Shown here one piece after another: positions 19,573-28,122 of a stretch of DNA of 64,000 bases. Within the stretch, counting starts at the first letter, position 1. Each line of letters begins with the position of its first letter. The notes under the pieces are model-generated. The model saw only the letters and a list, made by a program, of their open reading frames with translations. It made no database searches and was not told where the DNA came from. The stretch covers positions 32,001-96,000 of IMG/VR virus record IMGVR_UViG_3300021958_000023. The stretch is one strand, 5' to 3'. The stretch is from a virus (lineage: Duplodnaviria; Caudoviricetes). The position numbers were made by a program, and so were the translations under genes.

Positions 19573-19896
19573 CTATTTCTTTTTAAGCGCATCAGCACCA
19601 AAAAAAGCAGATACTAATACTGCAATAGATGCAAAATATGTTGGAGCGATATCAGCAATTAAATTTGCTGCAGTATCAAGGCCTAGTAAAGATGTTAAAG
19701 CAATACCGATTGGATATACTAATAGACCAAAAAGAGAAAACCAGGCCATTTTACGAATAGCATCTCTTTGAGCGTCATTATCTTCTAGTTCTTTACGTTT
19801 AAACTCTAGATACATCTTATGTTCTTCTGGAGTTACTACGCCGTCGCCATCACTATCAGCCGGGTGATACCCAGCTTTCTGAATTTCTTCCGTCAT
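19573..19896 (-). CDS. Two-TM membrane protein with N-terminal EF-hand-like loop (holin candidate)
   Basis: DSDGDGVVTPEE; two hydrophobic helices; basic C-terminus; downstream of the lysis genes. Confidence 0.6.
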   Translation of the reverse strand: MTEEIQKAGYHPADSDGDGVVTPEEHKMYLEFKRKELEDNDAQRDAIRKMAWFSLFGLLVYPIGIALTSLLGLDTAANLIADIAPTYFASIAVLVSAFFGADALKKK

Positions 19897-19915
19897 TTTT
19901 CATCCTTTCATTCTT

Positions 19916-20242
19916 TTAAGAATCTTGGTAATTATTATTCTTATCTTGAGGGTTTTGTTGTTGTTGTATTCTAATAGTATCTTCAAGTAGTACTATTCTA
20001 TTTTCAAGTTCATCAATTTTCTTTGTGACATATGGATACTTCTTTCTCCATGCATCGGTCGGTTGTTCAAACCATGTCCAACCGTATTTAGCAACAAGAT
20101 AATCGAGGAACTGATCTAATTTAGCATAGCACCATAGACCAGCTCTCGTATCTTTAAAATATGCTAGGAAGGCTGCGCCAAGAAGTGAGCCTCCTATAGC
20201 TGTATATATCCATAGCGTATCTTCAAACATTCTCGCGATCAT
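19916..20242 (-). CDS. Membrane-anchored hypothetical protein
   Basis: N-terminal TM helix and C-terminal coiled coil. Confidence 0.7.
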   Translation of the reverse strand: MIARMFEDTLWIYTAIGGSLLGAAFLAYFKDTRAGLWCYAKLDQFLDYLVAKYGWTWFEQPTDAWRKKYPYVTKKIDELENRIVLLEDTIRIQQQQNPQDKNNNYQDS

Positions 20243-20364
20243 ATGTTTTTCCTAATCCATCTAAATGCTGCATAGGCAACAAGTAAAACTACGATTGTTC
20301 CAATGCCATCGAACCAAGATGTTTCATTCATGGCATGAATAAGATCTGATGTAAACCAATCCAT
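20239..20364 (-). CDS. Small single-TM protein (41 aa)
   Basis: Not in track. MDWFTSDLIHAMNETSWFDGIGTIVVLLVAYAAFRWIRKNI*; coupled at both ends (TAATG, ATGA). Confidence 0.65.
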   Translation of the reverse strand: MDWFTSDLIHAMNETSWFDGIGTIVVLLVAYAAFRWIRKNI

Positions 20365-20789
20365 TATTCACACCATCCTTCTTTTGTACCCCCGTCATAA
20401 GGGCGAGCTAATCCAGCATTAATTATCTCATCTTTATAAAGTTTACCATCGAGATAAACATCAACTAATACACGTCCTCCATATTTATCCCATTTTAGAT
20501 TAGCAAATTCAATTTTCTCTGCTTCTCTAAATAGTTTATTAGCTAGTTCTCTGGCTTTTAAAGCTAGCTTCTTTTCTTCATCACACTCAGCACGAATTTC
20601 AGGAGTATCAATTCCTAAAATTCTGACGCTCATTTTTTGAAGAGGTTCTGGAAGTGAGGGGGCAGTTACATAACAAGTATCTCCATCATAACAAAGATTG
20701 TTTCTGTATTCTCTCATTTGTAAAAAATCATCTGCTACAGCCTGTGATACTACAAACAACATTGCAAACATAATTAAATAATATTTCAT
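20364..20789 (-). CDS. Thermonuclease (SNase-like) with signal peptide
   Basis: YDGDT, VRILGIDTPE, DKYGGRVL, GLARPYDGG. Confidence 0.9.
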   Translation of the reverse strand: MKYYLIMFAMLFVVSQAVADDFLQMREYRNNLCYDGDTCYVTAPSLPEPLQKMSVRILGIDTPEIRAECDEEKKLALKARELANKLFREAEKIEFANLKWDKYGGRVLVDVYLDGKLYKDEIINAGLARPYDGGTKEGWCE

Positions 20790-21184
20790 TTCTTTTCCTC
20801 TTCCTTTTCTGCTGTTACAGCCTCTTCATAGTAAACTATAATTTCAATTTGTTGATTAATATATCTTTTTAACTCTGCAACGTTTAATGCTAGATTTTCA
20901 TAATCACGCATACTCAAAGCAACAAAAGCAATAGTTCCATATTGCTCTTCATACTCTTTTAAGAATACATCTAGTGTGTCTTTAGTAACTACTCGAACTC
21001 GGGTATCAGTTAGTTGTAGTGGTTTCGGTCTCGACACTTTCGGTATCTGAACTTGCTCCACTTTCGTTACTACTTTGATTTCCGGTTCCGGTGTCCTCCC
21101 TACGCAACCACTCAGGAAGATCATACTCGTTAATATTACCAGTGTCGTCCATAAAGCTACGCCAAAGTTTTGCTGTTGCACCAT
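20786..21184 (-). CDS. Outer-membrane spanin (Rz1-like lipoprotein)
   Basis: Lipobox IFLSGC, Pro-rich linker and helical C-terminus; overlaps the i-spanin 3' end by 179 nt in another frame. Confidence 0.75.
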   Translation of the reverse strand: MVQQQNFGVALWTTLVILTSMIFLSGCVGRTPEPEIKVVTKVEQVQIPKVSRPKPLQLTDTRVRVVTKDTLDVFLKEYEEQYGTIAFVALSMRDYENLALNVAELKRYINQQIEIIVYYEEAVTAEKEEEKK

Positions 21185-21509
21185 TCATCTTTCCTTCTAA
21201 TTCTGCAGCGTCTTTTAAAGCGTCTTGAACTAGGTTCATTCTGCTTAGTTTACCACGAAGTTCATCGCCATAAGCTTCAGCTTTTTGTAAATCTGCTGCT
21301 AATTGAGTATTTAACTCTTGCATCTTTGCTGCATTTTGTTGTAAAGAGGCAATACTTGCTTCAGCAGTTTCAACTGCTCCTTCAAGTTTTGCATTATTTT
21401 CTCTTAAAGTTGCTATAGTAGCTTGGGTAGTATCATAATAATACTTAGCTGCATATCCAACACCACCCAAAGCCATAATTATAACAACTAGAATATATAT
21501 TCTAATCAT
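21006..21509 (-). CDS. Inner-membrane spanin (Rz-like)
   Basis: N-terminal TM followed by a long coiled coil; lies between the endolysin and the lipoprotein. Confidence 0.75.
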   Translation of the reverse strand: MIRIYILVVIIMALGGVGYAAKYYYDTTQATIATLRENNAKLEGAVETAEASIASLQQNAAKMQELNTQLAADLQKAEAYGDELRGKLSRMNLVQDALKDAAELEGKMNGATAKLWRSFMDDTGNINEYDLPEWLRREDTGTGNQSSNESGASSDTESVETETTTTN

Positions 21510-21600
21510 TGCCTACCTTTACCGGTTAAATATTGAGGGTTATTATCTATATTAAACCATTTTTTTAAAAATCTGTCAAATAGTTCTTCTAACCAACTCA

Positions 21601-22041
21601 TCAGATTGCTCTCATACGCGCTACTAGTCTTTCTGCACGATTAGTTACTTGTTTGTACCAACGAGAATCAACCATTTCATCTGCTGCACGATTCCAATCA
21701 CGTGCATCAACACCTGCTTTCATGCCTTTAAATTTTGAGAGACGTGGATAACCGAGGTTAAACATCATATTTGCTATGATTCTTTGAGCTTCTTCTGGCA
21801 AATCGGCAAACTCTGGGTAAAGCTTGTCGCAGTCAGACAAGACTGTTTGGATATCCTGTTCGAAGGCTTCATTGCATCTAGACTCATCAACGGGCGTTCC
21901 GACTTCCCAACCGTGTTCGGGGTCATCATCGCGAACAAGATGACCAATGCCAAAAGTAGGCAAACCAAGGTGGTCCAAATAAATTTCATGTACCACACCT
22001 TCATCATGTGCTATTTCCTCTCTCAATTTTTCTAGGTTCAT
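21601..22041 (-). CDS. Endolysin, T4-type lysozyme (GH24)
   Basis: DEG..EIYLDHLGLPTFGIGH (E-x8-D-x5-T triad), NMMFNLG, SRWYKQVTNRAERL. Likely start is MNLEKL at 22041. Confidence 0.93.
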   Translation of the reverse strand: MNLEKLREEIAHDEGVVHEIYLDHLGLPTFGIGHLVRDDDPEHGWEVGTPVDESRCNEAFEQDIQTVLSDCDKLYPEFADLPEEAQRIIANMMFNLGYPRLSKFKGMKAGVDARDWNRAADEMVDSRWYKQVTNRAERLVARMRAI

Positions 22042-22165
22042 TTTTAATCCTTTCTTCAAGTTGTTTTTTCTGTTTTTGCCACCATTGAGCTCTAGCATCT
22101 ATTTCTTTCATTTCACAGATGCCACATTGTTTATCAGGAAGGCAATCTGAGCAACTATAATGCAT
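22004..22165 (-). CDS. Small CxxC...CxxC protein (53 aa)
   Basis: Not in track. MHYSCSDCLPDKQCGICEMKEIDARAQWWQKQ...; TAATG-coupled to the upstream gene. Confidence 0.5.
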   Translation of the reverse strand: MHYSCSDCLPDKQCGICEMKEIDARAQWWQKQKKQLEERIKNEPRKIERGNST

Positions 22166-22371
22166 TAAAAGTTACTCATATTAAAAGACTCTGATCCAAT
22201 AGTTTTTTCCATATAACAATTGTGATCTGGTTTATCTTTCATTTGAGCTACCCAGTTTAGCTCTTGAATACAGCGATTATACCACTGTTTATCGTGAGGG
22301 TCATGGGCTTTGTTCATATCTTCTTGTAGTTGTTGAATTCTAGTTTGAATATAGCGATCTTGTTTAGTCAT
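22165..22371 (-). CDS. Conserved phage hypothetical protein
   Basis: YIQTRIQQL.ED..KA.D.HDKQWYNRCIQELNWV; GGAGG RBS. Confidence 0.75.
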   Translation of the reverse strand: MTKQDRYIQTRIQQLQEDMNKAHDPHDKQWYNRCIQELNWVAQMKDKPDHNCYMEKTIGSESFNMSNF

Positions 22372-22382
22372 CTACACCTCCA

Positions 22383-22523
22383 CTATGATCTATCAGGCTC
22401 CACATCAGATGGTAGTCCATTATAAGGGTCTTCATGAGTTTTACCACAATCACAAACATCACAACCGCAATCACAAGAATCCCAGTTACAATGACAATCG
22501 TGTCCACATTTTTTACATTTCAT
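22383..22523 (-). CDS. Metallothionein-like Cys-rich protein (46 aa)
   Basis: Not in track. MKCKKCGHDCHCNWDSCDCGCDVCDCGKTHEDPYNGLPSDVEPDRS*; 9 Cys in the first 26 aa; AGGA RBS. Confidence 0.65.
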   Translation of the reverse strand: MKCKKCGHDCHCNWDSCDCGCDVCDCGKTHEDPYNGLPSDVEPDRS

Positions 22524-22524
22524 T

Positions 22525-22758
22525 TTATGTTCCTATTTTAGATATATCTAGTTGATCTATTTGTTGTTGAGTAAGACACAACAGTGTATGTCCTTTTTGG
22601 TTTGGTTCTAATAATAAAATGTCTTGTTTTACACTTGGTTCATTAATATAATAATTCATACAGTTTTCTTTAGTAGAAAAAGAAGGAGATGTCATTTTAT
22701 GAATATTTATCTCTTCTGTATTATTAAAATAAACTAATGCAATGATAAACCACTTCAT
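22525..22758 (-). CDS. Small secreted hypothetical protein
   Basis: Hydrophobic N-terminus; F.TKENC...C pattern. Confidence 0.65.
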   Translation of the reverse strand: MKWFIIALVYFNNTEEINIHKMTSPSFSTKENCMNYYINEPSVKQDILLLEPNQKGHTLLCLTQQQIDQLDISKIGT

Positions 22759-22759
22759 A

Positions 22760-23758
22760 CTATGTTTGAGCTCCTACTGATCCCATTATCCCTACAGAAA
22801 CAGTAAGTTCTCCGACATCTTGATAATTACCATCCGTACTAAAAGAATATTTTTCCATTACATCCGCAAAACCACCTCCGATAGCATATCCAAAAGTAGT
22901 AGAAGAAAGTCCTTGTGCCCCGTCTCTATTTGATGATAGGTCTCCTACATCAGTACCTGTTATCGAACTACCAAACGCAAATTTCTGAATTACGTTCCAT
23001 GCTAGACCACCACTACTTACACCGCCGGCTCCATATCCGTGAGTAGTGCTAGAAGCTCCAGCAAATCCTCTGCCTGTGAAGGCAATCTCTCCTACATCGG
23101 TACTAGAGGTGTCGGTACTAAAAGGAAACTTATCAATAACATCTGTATAAGCAGGCCAGCCTCCAGAAGCATAACCATCTGTGGAAGAAGATTGACCTGA
23201 CCTATACTGATTATTAGTTATTGAAAGTTCTCCTATGTCTGAAGCAGGAGAATCAGTACTAAAAGGAAATTTTTGCATTACATCAGCAATACTGTTTGAT
23301 AAGTAGCCTCCTGTAGTATATCCATTTGTTGATGATGATTGAGAAGCAGTATATGCTAAAGTGCCTGTCAGTTCTCCAACGTCTGTTGCATTTGTTTCCG
23401 AAGAAAAAGGAGTTTTCTGAATAATATCGTATCTAGTAGGAGAATTTAATTCTCCTCCCATAGCATAAGCATCTGTAGAAGATTGAGCACCCGCAATAGA
23501 ATAAGATGGATTAATCAAAGTTGAACTAGTAGAAGAAGGAGAATCTGCTGTAAAATCAATTTTGTGAATAGAGTTATAAGTATAAGCCCCACCAAAGGCA
23601 TAACCAAATGAAGAACCTTGAAATGAATAAGTAGGGGGCGATGTGTAAACACCAGTAATCCACTCAAATGACGCATTGTTTGCTACCCATATCAGGTTGG
23701 ATCCAGGCTTGGCGCCCGTAGTATCTAATGCATTTATACTAACTAGTTTAATAGACAT
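22760..23758 (-). CDS. Virion-associated repeat (beta-propeller-like) protein
   Basis: About six ~47-aa repeats, GY..GG...I.KFPFS.D...TDVGEL. Confidence 0.75.
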   Translation of the reverse strand: MSIKLVSINALDTTGAKPGSNLIWVANNASFEWITGVYTSPPTYSFQGSSFGYAFGGAYTYNSIHKIDFTADSPSSTSSTLINPSYSIAGAQSSTDAYAMGGELNSPTRYDIIQKTPFSSETNATDVGELTGTLAYTASQSSSTNGYTTGGYLSNSIADVMQKFPFSTDSPASDIGELSITNNQYRSGQSSSTDGYASGGWPAYTDVIDKFPFSTDTSSTDVGEIAFTGRGFAGASSTTHGYGAGGVSSGGLAWNVIQKFAFGSSITGTDVGDLSSNRDGAQGLSSTTFGYAIGGGFADVMEKYSFSTDGNYQDVGELTVSVGIMGSVGAQT

Positions 23759-23767
23759 CTATACTCC

Positions 23768-25270
23768 TTAAGGGTAAGTATTTCCCCATTTAATTCCGAC
23801 TCCTCCAACTTGTCCATTGCCACCGCTTGTAGCAAGGTTTTTAGCATATCCGCCAGGATAAGTACCGAATGAAGGACGGCCAATATACAACATTCCTGAT
23901 CCGGCTCCTCCGCCTCCGCCACCATGAAATGGTCCTGGAGGTGATCCATCTCCGCCAACTGATGATCCGTGTGATAGCGTATAAGGAGGAGCTCCTCCTG
24001 CTCCGCTAGGGCCTTTACCTGTTAATCCTACTCCGCCACCTGCTCCTCCTGTAAGGACATAGGCTGGAAAAAATGGAGAAGTTGTGTTAAAGAAATAAGA
24101 GCGAGATGCTTGACCTCCACCACCACCACCAGCAGGTGCGGGGCTTCCACTACCATTACCCGTATCAACAAAAGGATAATAACTGCCTAAGCTTCCTCCT
24201 CCGCCACCAACACCTTCATATCCAGCAGCTCCCCCACCGCCTCCGCTAGAGATTGAGGGATTTATGTTAAAGCTACCTGATTCAGCATTACCATCATCTG
24301 ACCAACTTCTTCCTCCAACTCCACCTCTGTATTCTCCTGTTGTTCCTGTAATTGTTGGATCAAAAACAAAAGGGGTACTATTAGCTGGGTTTGAGCCTGC
24401 CGATCCAGTGCTGTATCGAGGTACAAGAGTTGATAACCCTCCAACTCCTCCGCCTGCAGAAACTAATGTAGTTCCTCCTCTAGCTATATAGGATGCTCCA
24501 CCATTACCTCCTGCATTTCCTGCTGAGCCATAAACAACACTCCCGCCATTGCCTGCAGCGCCTACAACAACAGTTAAACTTTCTCCTGGAGTAACAGGAA
24601 TCGAATTAGCCCAAGCTAAGTCTCCGCCATTTCCGCCCTTGCCTTGATAATGACTAGGAGAATACATAAGATTAATTTCTGGAGTAAATGGAGAGTTAGC
24701 CGGTGCTCGTGGAAAACCACTGTATGGAGAGCGAGCAGCTCCTCCACCACCTCCGCCTCCGCCTACTACTACAGCACTAATACTTTCAACACCTTCGGGG
24801 ACAACAAAAGTATGGCTTCCAGCAGTAGTAAAATAATTAGATCCTACAGGATCTTGGCTGCTATCTAATATAGTAATAGAAGTATTCACACGTGGATAAC
24901 TATCTAAAGTAATGGTTAAGGTTTCTGTTCCTTCTGTAGTTAAATCTTCTGACGTATTTAAAACAATAGATTCAGCGTTTCCTGTATAAAAAGCTCCTAT
25001 TAAAGGAGCTGAATTAATATCAGCAGAAGAAACTCCTGTAATTGTATAAGCAAAAGATTCTCCATCAGGAGCTCTATTACCATGCTCAAGAGTTATATTA
25101 ATTGATTGGCCTTCATTTACAGAAGTTACATTACTAGAAAGAGAGACAGCATAGGCCCCTGTAGATACCCATTCAAGAGCATTATTAGAGCCTACATAGA
25201 CTAATTCCGCCTCTACTATAGAAGTAGGAGGGCCAGATAACTGAGAAATATCAAATCTTCTCAAACTCAT
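23768..25270 (-). CDS. Glycine-rich virion/tail fibre protein with N-terminal Ig/Calx-beta-like domain
   Basis: SVNEGQSINITL...TEGTETLTITLD; FVVPEGVESISAVVVGGGGGG followed by a Gly-rich domain. Confidence 0.8.
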   Translation of the reverse strand: MSLRRFDISQLSGPPTSIVEAELVYVGSNNALEWVSTGAYAVSLSSNVTSVNEGQSINITLEHGNRAPDGESFAYTITGVSSADINSAPLIGAFYTGNAESIVLNTSEDLTTEGTETLTITLDSYPRVNTSITILDSSQDPVGSNYFTTAGSHTFVVPEGVESISAVVVGGGGGGGGAARSPYSGFPRAPANSPFTPEINLMYSPSHYQGKGGNGGDLAWANSIPVTPGESLTVVVGAAGNGGSVVYGSAGNAGGNGGASYIARGGTTLVSAGGGVGGLSTLVPRYSTGSAGSNPANSTPFVFDPTITGTTGEYRGGVGGRSWSDDGNAESGSFNINPSISSGGGGGAAGYEGVGGGGGSLGSYYPFVDTGNGSGSPAPAGGGGGGQASRSYFFNTTSPFFPAYVLTGGAGGGVGLTGKGPSGAGGAPPYTLSHGSSVGGDGSPPGPFHGGGGGGAGSGMLYIGRPSFGTYPGGYAKNLATSGGNGQVGGVGIKWGNTYP

Positions 25271-25617
25271 TATTTTCTCCTATTAATGCCTCTAGTATAT
25301 TTTTGAGACTTTGGAGGTGATTTTTTTGAACCACTTGGTCCTGCCCAATATACCTTATCTGCCCAATAAGCTGCACTCATTTTGCCTTTTGCAATATTAC
25401 GTGCATGACGAGCTTTAAAAGAGCGTCTTGCTTCTGGTGAATAGTTATGACCCATTGAAGAGTCACCGAAATGGATTAGTTTAATTTTCTCGCCTTCTTT
25501 AGCAAGCACCATTCCTTTTTTGCCTGTTCGATCACTTCTACGTGGTTTGTTAAAACCAGCAAAAGTACGACCTGCATACTTAATCTTGCCTGAAGGGGTT
25601 CTTTCATATTTTGCCAT
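25270..25617 (-). CDS. Highly basic conserved viral protein
   Basis: GFNKPRRS, KLIHFGD, ARRSFKARH, SAAYWA.KV.W. Confidence 0.75.
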   Translation of the reverse strand: MAKYERTPSGKIKYAGRTFAGFNKPRRSDRTGKKGMVLAKEGEKIKLIHFGDSSMGHNYSPEARRSFKARHARNIAKGKMSAAYWADKVYWAGPSGSKKSPPKSQKYTRGINRRK

Positions 25618-25634
25618 TTTTCTATCCTTTGTTG

Positions 25635-26741
25635 TTAAACTTGAGCACCTGTTGCTACATTAAAAATTCGAGCTCCAATTTCTCCTACATCTGTTGCTGG
25701 AGCATCAGCACTAAAAGGAAAACTTTGAATTGAGTTTACTGAATTAGTATTAACAGCAGGTGAATATGATCCTCCTAATGAGTAACCGCTACTAGTAGAA
25801 CTAGAAGGAGCATTGTAGTATACTCCTTGAACTAGCTCTCCTACATCAGAGCCGTTTGAATCGTTAGAAAATAAAAATTTATGTATAGTATTAGTAGCTG
25901 CAGGAAAAGGAGATCCTCCCGCATAGTATCCTGCTAATGCTGAGGATACAGAAGTTCCACGATCTGTCTGAGGGTACGAAACAAAAGAAGATGTTTGGGT
26001 TGTTTCTGTAGCGTAAGAAAATTTTATCACAGCTGTAGCTGGAGGTCCTATAGGAGTAAGAGCATTAAATAAAAATGCTTCCGTAGGCGTTCCTGTAGCA
26101 GCATAGTAACCTGCATTAGCTAATTCTCCTACATCAGTTGCCGGAGTAGTAGAAGAAGCAAAAGGAAATTTTGAAATAGTATCTAAATTTCCTACTGGAT
26201 ACGGAGTGGTATAAACTGGAACGTCGTTTTGTCCTCCGTATCCTCCATAAACATAACCAGTATCGGAAGACGAGGACCCTGCTTTATTATATCCTGTATA
26301 CTGTGTCCAAATAGTAGCTAGAGCATAGGTATCAGAAGCATAACTAATAGACCAAGAAGCTCCTCGAATATTAAAAGGTTGAGGTTGTGGATATATTGGA
26401 TGACCTATTTCATAAGCATAGTCCGTTCCTGATACTCCTATTGAAGCACCTGCGGTTCTTGATTCAGGACCTAGTAATGGAGTATCTCCAATATTAGTCT
26501 GCGTAGCTTCATTTGCAAAAGAAAATTTAATAGCATCTGACGGTAAATAGGGAGAAGTTGGTCGATATGTTCCTCCTATTTTATAACCATAAGTTTCTCC
26601 TTGCATAGTAGGAACAGGAGCTTTAAATATAGAATCAGTTGAAGAAATTGCTTCAAAACCGTTAGCAGTGTGTGCTACTCTATAACCATCTTGAACGTTG
26701 GCAGGAACTTGAATATATGCAAGAGGTATTTTTTTGGTCAT
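25635..26741 (-). CDS. Virion-associated repeat protein, paralog of 22760-23758
   Basis: Same GY..GG...I.KFPF...ATDVGEL repeats. Confidence 0.75.
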   Translation of the reverse strand: MTKKIPLAYIQVPANVQDGYRVAHTANGFEAISSTDSIFKAPVPTMQGETYGYKIGGTYRPTSPYLPSDAIKFSFANEATQTNIGDTPLLGPESRTAGASIGVSGTDYAYEIGHPIYPQPQPFNIRGASWSISYASDTYALATIWTQYTGYNKAGSSSSDTGYVYGGYGGQNDVPVYTTPYPVGNLDTISKFPFASSTTPATDVGELANAGYYAATGTPTEAFLFNALTPIGPPATAVIKFSYATETTQTSSFVSYPQTDRGTSVSSALAGYYAGGSPFPAATNTIHKFLFSNDSNGSDVGELVQGVYYNAPSSSTSSGYSLGGSYSPAVNTNSVNSIQSFPFSADAPATDVGEIGARIFNVATGAQV

Positions 26742-26750
26742 CTAGCTCCT

Positions 26751-27572
26751 TTAAGCTGGGACAGATATTGTTCCTGCCATGCTGCTGTGGTATTGACAGT
26801 TATAGTAATAAGTTCCTGTTGAGGGTACAGTCCAATCTACGTTGCCAACTTCTTGTCCGTTAGTTCCATTAGTGCCTGTTGCTTGATTTCCAGTTCCTGT
26901 ACTATTAACCGTTTTTACATAGAAAGGGTGTCCTGATGCGTTAACTGCAAATCTAACTTTGTCTCCAGCATAAAATGTTAATGTTGGATTACTAGTTGAT
27001 GAATTAACTGTGCCATTTCTATCACTGCCTGAAAAATTATATGCGCTAGCAAAGTCGTTTGTAACAGATAGAGTATAATCAGGGCTGAATGTAGTAGAAG
27101 TAGAAGTATCTGCAATAGATACACTATTACTCAATCCGCCTGTTAATGCTCCTACACTATCATAAGTATCTAAAGTAAGAGTTAGAGTTTCTGGTCCCTC
27201 AGTGGCGGCATCTGATGCAAGAGTAAATGTAACCTGTCCTTGATCAGAAGTTAATGTAATCGATCCTGAAATGCTTCCCGCGCTTAAATCTGCAGAGTCA
27301 ATCCCAGTTACACTATAACCTACTGTGGTGCCATTTACTGAATTAGCTGTATTAACAGTAAAAGTAACTGACTGACCTTCGTCTATCGAAGCTGCACTAG
27401 TTGTAAGTGTGTTATACCTAATTCCTGTATCTACATAGTCAAATATAGAATCAGTTGGAGAAATAAATTCAATTTTATTATTAGCCTGTACATAAACAGC
27501 TTTATAACCGTCTTGTGCAGCTACAAAACTACTAACATCTATTTGTGAAATATCTAATTTTGTAGTGCTCAT
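26751..27572 (-). CDS. Virion-like protein with Ig/Calx-beta-like domain and C-terminal cupredoxin-like domain
   Basis: SIDEGQSVTFTV...TEGPETLTLTLD; C-terminal GHPFY...GTYYYNCQYHSSMAGTI. Likely start is MSTTKL at 27572. Confidence 0.75.
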   Translation of the reverse strand: MSTTKLDISQIDVSSFVAAQDGYKAVYVQANNKIEFISPTDSIFDYVDTGIRYNTLTTSAASIDEGQSVTFTVNTANSVNGTTVGYSVTGIDSADLSAGSISGSITLTSDQGQVTFTLASDAATEGPETLTLTLDTYDSVGALTGGLSNSVSIADTSTSTTFSPDYTLSVTNDFASAYNFSGSDRNGTVNSSTSNPTLTFYAGDKVRFAVNASGHPFYVKTVNSTGTGNQATGTNGTNGQEVGNVDWTVPSTGTYYYNCQYHSSMAGTISVPA

Positions 27573-27916
27573 ACTGCAAAGCTTTCTCCACATCCACACT
27601 GTGCTGTTGCATTTGGATTTACTACTTTTAAGTAAGAGCCTCCTAGCTCTTTTACATAATCAATAGTACATCCTGCTACAAACATTTCAGCCATAGAATC
27701 TAAGACTAAAACATCTTCAATAACTGATCCTAGCGTAGTATCTTCTGTAAAATCCCATTTATATTGAAACCCAGAGCAACCACCTCCTGTTACAGAAAGG
27801 TAAACATATTTTTTATTGTGCATACTAATCATCTCTGATAAGTAATTTTTAGCACTTTCAGAGACGTTAATGATAGATAAAATTTTATGTTTTTGCAAGT
27901 GTTCTACTACACTCAT
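27569..27916 (-). CDS. iscA: A-type Fe-S cluster carrier (HesB/IscA/ErpA)
   Basis: GGGCSGFQY, IDYV..LGGS, NPNATAQCGCGESF. Confidence 0.93.
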   Translation of the reverse strand: MSVVEHLQKHKILSIINVSESAKNYLSEMISMHNKKYVYLSVTGGGCSGFQYKWDFTEDTTLGSVIEDVLVLDSMAEMFVAGCTIDYVKELGGSYLKVVNPNATAQCGCGESFAV

Positions 27917-28122
27917 CCATATCTTCCTTTTTCTTGATATTGATCGTATAGTTTTTTAACTAAGTTCCATTTATTTGTAGTAAGTTTGCCGTATCTCATT
28001 TGATCAGAAATCAAACTGCGAATTAATCGAGCATCTGCATCTGTCAAATTCGGACGACTCATAAAATAAGTTTCAAGTTTTCTATCTATATAATTTTTAC
28101 CTTTTTTCCACATTTTTGTCAA
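27913..28122 (-). CDS. Hypothetical protein
   Basis: Coupled ORF in the operon (TTG start). Confidence 0.55.
   Translation of the reverse strand: MTKMWKKGKNYIDRKLETYFMSRPNLTDADARLIRSLISDQMRYGKLTTNKWNLVKKLYDQYQEKGRYG

Noticed and set aside
22760-26741. Paralogous repeat genes as diversity-generating retroelement template/variable regions
   Set aside because: Similarity is at protein level only. No near-identical DNA repeat with adenine-specific mismatches and no reverse transcriptase are seen.
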